NCBI GenBank assembly: GCA_034530875.2
Contig: JAVRCJ020000072.1
Span: 1 to 21,343 of the forward strand
Source: Nostoc sp. DedSLP01
GTDB lineage: Bacteria; Cyanobacteriota; Cyanobacteriia; Cyanobacteriales; Nostocaceae
Direction: 5' to 3'
Length of the DNA stretch: 21,343 nucleotides
The first letter of the stretch is position 1. The number at the start of each line of letters is the position of its first letter. Below are positions 16,650-21,343 of the stretch, in pieces. The translations under genes were made by a program, and so were the position numbers. The notes under the pieces were generated by a model. It was not told where the DNA came from. It saw nothing but the letters and a program-made list of their open reading frames with translations, and did no database searches.

Positions 16650-17054
16650 TTAAAGATTTGTAGAGATTGCTTGTACGGGACAAGTGGGAATACACTGTTC
16701 GCAAACTATACAACGCGATCGCGTGAATGTTAATTTATATGTCTCTGGGTTGAGGGTAAGAGCTTCTGTAGGACAAACCCCAGTACACAAACCACAGTGA
16801 ACACAGACATCTGGATCGATGGCAATTTCGCCTAAACTATGAGAAACATTCACATGGCGCGATCGCATCCACTCGATCGCTGCATCTAATTGATCGATAT
16901 CTCCAGATAGTTCCAATACCAGTTTCCCAATTTGATTTGGAGCAACTTGGGCGCGGATAATATTGGCGGCAACGTTAAATTCTTTAGCCAACACGTAAGT
17001 GACTGGCATTTGCACGGCGCGTTTCGGGAACGTGAGGGTTACTCGTTTTTTCAC
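16650..17054 (-). CDS. NIL domain plus 2x[4Fe-4S] ferredoxin
   Basis: N-terminal NIL domain (FNVAANIIRA..GKLVLEL) and two cluster motifs, CVHCGLCTGVCP and CIVCEQCIPTCP. GTG start. Confidence 0.93.
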   Translation of the reverse strand: MKKRVTLTFPKRAVQMPVTYVLAKEFNVAANIIRAQVAPNQIGKLVLELSGDIDQLDAAIEWMRSRHVNVSHSLGEIAIDPDVCVHCGLCTGVCPTEALTLNPETYKLTFTRSRCIVCEQCIPTCPVQAISTNL

Positions 17055-17424
17055 AGGTTTAAGACAAGCTTTTTTTCTGTTGTAGCGTAAGAAAAGTTTT
17101 ATGACTTCAAAGATTGTTAATCAGTTTGGGGGTGCAAGATATTGATTTTTGCTTACGATATACCACAGGATGGATATTTTATACTTACTTCTAAAGAATA
17201 CTTAATAATTAAATCCACTTGTCTAGCTTGCTTCAAACACTTGAAACCGAATATGAAAAATGATTCAAGGTAAAATAAATATTGATATTTATTAATGACT
17301 ATTAACCTGGAAGAGAAATGTTGAGGAAAATGCTTTAAAATTCAACATTGATATTAATTATCTTGCTATTAAAAATTTTAGCTGTTTATTTGTTTTGTAG
17401 ATTCCTGCTTAGAAAAGTTTTAAA

Positions 17425-20400
17425 ATGAAAATTTTAGTTGTAGAGGATGATGAGTTAAATGCCTATGCACTCAGTGCTGTTTTGAGTAACCAAAACTATG
17501 CTGTTGAAGTTGCCAATGATGGTGATGTTGCTTGGGAGTTGATCCAAACTTATGATTTTGATTTAATACTCTTGGATGTAATATTGCCGAAGTTAGATGG
17601 CATCAGTCTTTGTCGGCAAATTCGGTCTCATGGTTTGCAAGTGCCGATATTATTATTGACAGGGCGCGATAGTAGTCATGAAAAAGCGATCGGCCTAGAT
17701 GCAGGTGCAGATGACTACGTAGTTAAACCTTTTGACGAAGAGGAGTTAGTTGCTCGTGTTAGGGCATTATTGCGTCGTGGAAGCGCAACTTTACAACCCG
17801 TACTAGAGCGTGGTGATTTGCGGCTAGATCCTAGTACCTGTGAAGTCCTCTATGCAGGAAATCTGCTGTCACTCACTCCAAAAGAGTATGCTCTATTAGA
17901 ATTATTTTTGCGAAATAATCGCCGAGTGTTTAGCTGTGGCATGATTTTAGAACATCTTTGGTCTTATGAAGATACTCCACAAGAAGAAGCTGTTCGTACC
18001 CATATCAAAGGGTTACGACATAAACTTAAAGCTGTAGGAGCGCCCACTGATTTTATTGAAACAGTTTATGGTATAGGTTATCGTTTGAAACCACTGGAAG
18101 AGGGGGTAAAGATTAGGGAGCAGAGGGGCAAAGGAGCACAGGAAGCAGGGGAAAAATTTTTCACTCCTCAATCCCAATCCTCAATGCCTAATGCCCAATC
18201 ACAGCAGCAAACACTAATGGCTGTTGCCGAAATTTGGCAACGATTTCAAGGACGGGTAGACGAGCAAGTGAAGGTGCTAGAGGAAGCGATCGCAGCCTTA
18301 AATAAAAATACTCTCAATCCTCAATTGCAAAGCCTTGCAGTGAAAGAGGCGCATACATTGGCTGGATCTTTAGGTACTTTTGGCTTGACTCTAGGCTCAA
18401 AATGGGCACGTAACATCGAGTTACTGCTCAGTTCTAGTCAAACTTTTAGTGTATCTCAGATTACCAACCTGGAAACTTGGGTAAAGTTATTGCGCCGAGA
18501 AATTCAGGAAAAAGACGCAGCTGCAATATCTGCGCTGCCGACTAAACAAGTATTAGAAAAGGCGACACCAACCTCAGAAAATGCTCTTGGCACAGAAACT
18601 AAAATATTAGTTGTAGACGACGATCCCAAAATTCAGGCATTCTTGCAAACCTTGCTGAGTCCTTGGGGACTCAAAGCGATCGCTCTTGAAGATCCGCGTC
18701 AGTTTTGGGAAACTTTGGAAGCAGTCGCACCAGATTTACTGATTCTAGATGTGGAATTACCATTTACAAATGGTATTGAACTTTGCCAATTAGTACGCAA
18801 CCATCCACACTGGGGTGAGTTACCCATCCTTTTCTTCACAGTGCATAGCGATCCCGAAATAGTAAATCAGGTGTTTAGTATTGGTGCTGATGACTTTGTT
18901 AGCAAACCGATTGTGGGACCAGAACTAGTAACGCGAATTGTCAATCGTTTAGAACGGCTAAAATTACGGCAACGCATAACGCAGGGTAATAGGGGAGCAG
19001 CGAAAGAACACCCGGAAACTCCTTTGTTGGCGTCAGAACGTCCCCGTATGTTTGCATCTTCCTCATCTTTGAACCTTCAAGCTATCAATGAATTAGAATT
19101 GAGAGTTGCAGAGCGTACCGCTGAATTAATTAATGTAAATCGACAGTTGCAATCACAACTTGATGAACGCCAGCGCACACAGGAAGAACTACGCTTTTCT
19201 CAAGAGCGATTTGCAAGGATTTTAGATATTGCTGATGATGCAATTATTTCCATCAACGGCTTGCAAAAGATCACTTTATTTAATAAAGGAGCAGAGAAGA
19301 TTTTTGGCTATTGTGCCGACGAAGTGATTGGGCAAGGTCTTGACATCCTTTTGCCACAGCGCTTTTCCCAGGTGCATCACAAGCATGTGGTTGACTTTGG
19401 CCAATCTCCTAATGTTGCTCGTAGGATGGGAGAACGGCGTGAAATATACGGTCGCCGCAAAGATGGCACTGAATTTCCAGCAGAGGCTTCCATCTCTAAA
19501 ATTGATATAATTGAAGAAATATTTTATACTGTTATTTTAAGGGATATTACTGAGCGAAAACAAATCGAACGGATGAAAGATGAGTTTATTTCTGTTGTCA
19601 GTCATGAGCTGCGTACACCTTTAACTTCAATTCACGGTTCTTTAGGAATGCTAGCGAGTGGTTTGCTACCAACAGATTCAGAACAGGGAAAACGCTTACT
19701 ACAAATTGCCACTGACAGCACTGAACGCCTAGTACGCCTAATCAACGACATCCTAGACATCGAGCGCATCGAGTCAGGTAAGGCGAAAATGGAACCAGAA
19801 ATCTGCAATATCGTTGATTTAATTGGTCAAGCGGTAAATGTCATCCAACCTCTAGCTGATAAAGCAGGAGTAAAGCTATCGATTTCGGATGTCTGTGGTC
19901 AAGTATGGGCAGATTGCGATCGCATTGTTCAAACCCTGACTAACCTATTGAGTAACGCCATCAAATTTTCATCTCCTCGGTCTACAGTTTGGTTGGGAGT
20001 AGAACAACAAGGAGATGAAGTTTTATTAACGGTCAAAGACACTGGACGCGGTATCCCTGCTGACAAACTTGAAAGTATTTTTGAGCGTTTTCAACAAGTT
20101 GACTCTTCTGATTCGCGCAATCATGATGGTACTGGTTTAGGTTTGGCAATTTGTAAGAGTATTATGCAACAGCACGGTGGACGCATTTGGGCTGAAAGTG
20201 TGTTAGGCGAAGGCAGCACTTTTTACATTACTCTGCCCTTGATTAATACTTTCCAAAATACAGATTTACCAGACTCTTCTAAGATTCAGGTTAATTGTAA
20301 CCCTCATAAAGCGATCGTAGGTAGGGAATCTCATCTAAGTTGTATTAGTGGGGTAAATAAACGATTTTCACAAAACTATCTTTTACACTCACTCGAACAA

Positions 20401-20847
20401 GTGTTAGCTCAATCTTCAAAGCGAGTCCGGATTCTAATTGTTGAAGACGATACTGATTTAGCTCAACTGCTCATTACTTTGTTTGAAAAGCATAAAATCG
20501 AAACCTTCTTAGCCAAAACGGGACGGGAAGCAATCCGCTTGAGTCAAGAAGTGAATCCTGACTTAATGATTCTCGACTTGATCCTGCCAGAAAGTGATGG
20601 GTTTGCAGTCGTGGATTGGCTACAGCAGCACAATCATCTTTGCAATACATCAGTACTAGTTTATTCAGCGAGGGATTTAGATGAGTCAGATCGCAATCGA
20701 TTGAAGTTAGGACATACAGAATTTTTGACCAAGGGTCGCGTGACTAGTCAGGAATTTGAACAACGGGTGATGGAATTACTTCAGCGAATTACTCACAGCC
20801 AACAAGAGGATAGCACTGATGACAACAAAGCAAATTCTAGTGGTTGA
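17425..20847 (+). CDS. Hybrid response regulator/histidine kinase: REC-wHTH(OmpR)-Hpt-REC-PAS-HisKA-HATPase-REC
   Basis: MKILVVEDD..LLDV (REC), LTPKEYALLE..IETVYGIGYRL (winged HTH), AHTLAGSLGTFG (Hpt), ILVVDDD..ILDV (REC), PAS/PAC RRKDGTEFPAE..RDITERK, H-box SHELRTPL, NLLSNAIKF, GTGLGL, and a terminal REC ILIVEDD..ILDL. Confidence 0.95.
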   Translation: MKILVVEDDELNAYALSAVLSNQNYAVEVANDGDVAWELIQTYDFDLILLDVILPKLDGISLCRQIRSHGLQVPILLLTGRDSSHEKAIGLDAGADDYVVKPFDEEELVARVRALLRRGSATLQPVLERGDLRLDPSTCEVLYAGNLLSLTPKEYALLELFLRNNRRVFSCGMILEHLWSYEDTPQEEAVRTHIKGLRHKLKAVGAPTDFIETVYGIGYRLKPLEEGVKIREQRGKGAQEAGEKFFTPQSQSSMPNAQSQQQTLMAVAEIWQRFQGRVDEQVKVLEEAIAALNKNTLNPQLQSLAVKEAHTLAGSLGTFGLTLGSKWARNIELLLSSSQTFSVSQITNLETWVKLLRREIQEKDAAAISALPTKQVLEKATPTSENALGTETKILVVDDDPKIQAFLQTLLSPWGLKAIALEDPRQFWETLEAVAPDLLILDVELPFTNGIELCQLVRNHPHWGELPILFFTVHSDPEIVNQVFSIGADDFVSKPIVGPELVTRIVNRLERLKLRQRITQGNRGAAKEHPETPLLASERPRMFASSSSLNLQAINELELRVAERTAELINVNRQLQSQLDERQRTQEELRFSQERFARILDIADDAIISINGLQKITLFNKGAEKIFGYCADEVIGQGLDILLPQRFSQVHHKHVVDFGQSPNVARRMGERREIYGRRKDGTEFPAEASISKIDIIEEIFYTVILRDITERKQIERMKDEFISVVSHELRTPLTSIHGSLGMLASGLLPTDSEQGKRLLQIATDSTERLVRLINDILDIERIESGKAKMEPEICNIVDLIGQAVNVIQPLADKAGVKLSISDVCGQVWADCDRIVQTLTNLLSNAIKFSSPRSTVWLGVEQQGDEVLLTVKDTGRGIPADKLESIFERFQQVDSSDSRNHDGTGLGLAICKSIMQQHGGRIWAESVLGEGSTFYITLPLINTFQNTDLPDSSKIQVNCNPHKAIVGRESHLSCISGVNKRFSQNYLLHSLEQVLAQSSKRVRILIVEDDTDLAQLLITLFEKHKIETFLAKTGREAIRLSQEVNPDLMILDLILPESDGFAVVDWLQQHNHLCNTSVLVYSARDLDESDRNRLKLGHTEFLTKGRVTSQEFEQRVMELLQRITHSQQEDSTDDNKANSSG

Positions 20848-21205
20848 TAACGAGCAATACATTCAAGAAGTTGCCAAGATTTGCTTGGAAACAGTCGCAG
20901 GCTGGAAAGTAGAGACAGCGAGTTCTGGAAAAGAAGGCATAATTAAAGCCGAGACTTATCAACCAGATGCGATTTTACTGGATGTCATGATGCCCGATAT
21001 GGATGGTATTACAACATTTGAAAAGTTGCAAGCCAATCCAGCAACCAAAGCAATTCCTGTAATTTTATTAACAGCCAAAATCCAAGCTTCCGATCGACGT
21101 CGTTATGCACAGATGGGAACAATCGGTGCGATCGCTAAACCTTTCAATCCCATAGAATTAGCTCAACAAGTAGCACTAGCACTAGGCTGGAGCTTGGAAA
21201 AGTAA
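20819..21205 (+). CDS. Single-domain CheY-like response regulator
   Basis: ILVVDNE, LLDVMMP, LTA and KPF motifs. Overlaps the kinase 3' end by 29 nt. Confidence 0.93.
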   Translation: MTTKQILVVDNEQYIQEVAKICLETVAGWKVETASSGKEGIIKAETYQPDAILLDVMMPDMDGITTFEKLQANPATKAIPVILLTAKIQASDRRRYAQMGTIGAIAKPFNPIELAQQVALALGWSLEK

Positions 21206-21271
21206 CTTGCAAATAGCAAGGTTGTAGCTTTGTTAAGCCAGCAACCTCAGTTTTCGCTGAAGCTAAAAACA

Positions 21272-21308
21272 AAAACCCCCAAGCAAATTGAAGAAGGCAA
21301 GGGGGTTT
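21272..21308. terminator. Hairpin downstream of the response regulator
   Basis: AAACCCCC ... GGGGGTTT inverted repeat about 65 nt after the stop codon. Confidence 0.55.
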
Positions 21309-21343
21309 AAGTTGGAAAAATTAACCTGGCATCGAGCTATTTT

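Larger units (their letters stand above)
679..21135. repeat. Dispersed HIP1 octamers (GCGATCGC)
   Basis: Roughly 20 copies counted by eye, e.g. at 679, 737, 2156, 6991, 11708, 13531, 15312 and 18286. A cyanobacterial genome signature. Confidence 0.9.

Noticed and set aside
15113..17054. NIL ferredoxin as dedicated electron donor for the radical SAM lyase
   Set aside because: The genes are convergent and separated by repeats and a MITE. Nothing beyond proximity supports a link.
2220..19510. Short ORFs nested in or antisense to long genes (e.g. 2220..2552, 2654..2890, 3348..3539, 7485..7676, 9452..9661, 10238..10474, 11736..11984, 12180..12488, 15303..15491, 19328..19510)
   Set aside because: They overlap well-supported CDSs or repeat elements and have no motifs or RBS support. 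Treated as shadow ORFs.
20819..21205. DN instead of DD in the receiver acidic pocket as a sign of a pseudo-receiver
   Set aside because: The phospho-Asp, Thr and Lys are all intact and a Glu follows the DN. This is insufficient evidence of inactivity.

Overview
Chromosomal window from a cyanobacterium, probably a filamentous Nostocales strain. This is inferred from roughly 20 HIP1 GCGATCGC sites, short tandem heptamer/nonamer repeats and MITE-like inverted-repeat elements. Left to right it encodes: an N-terminally extended KdpF-like peptide; a secreted hypothetical protein; a group 2 sigma-70 factor; a co-oriented run of ureidoglycolate lyase-like cupin, glutathionyl-hydroquinone reductase-type GST, aspartoacylase and TenA; an acidic hypothetical protein; a CHAD protein; a MASE1 histidine kinase; three co-oriented exported proteins; a KGG stress protein; a spore photoproduct lyase-like radical SAM enzyme; a NIL-domain ferredoxin; and a large REC-wHTH-Hpt-REC-PAS-HK-REC hybrid with a CheY-like partner. 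The strongest candidate for novelty is 11791..13059, a secreted tandem gamma-carbonic-anhydrase fusion. Its two beta-helix domains have lost complementary halves of the active site, so its only three histidines could form one Zn site at the domain interface. It lies between a twin-arginine small protein and an FN3-like exported protein. The second candidate is an unannotated, G-U-rich structured RNA of about 270 nt at about 6859..7132, with its own -10 box and terminator. All family assignments come from motifs read by eye and from recalled reference sequences. No searches or folding programs were run.
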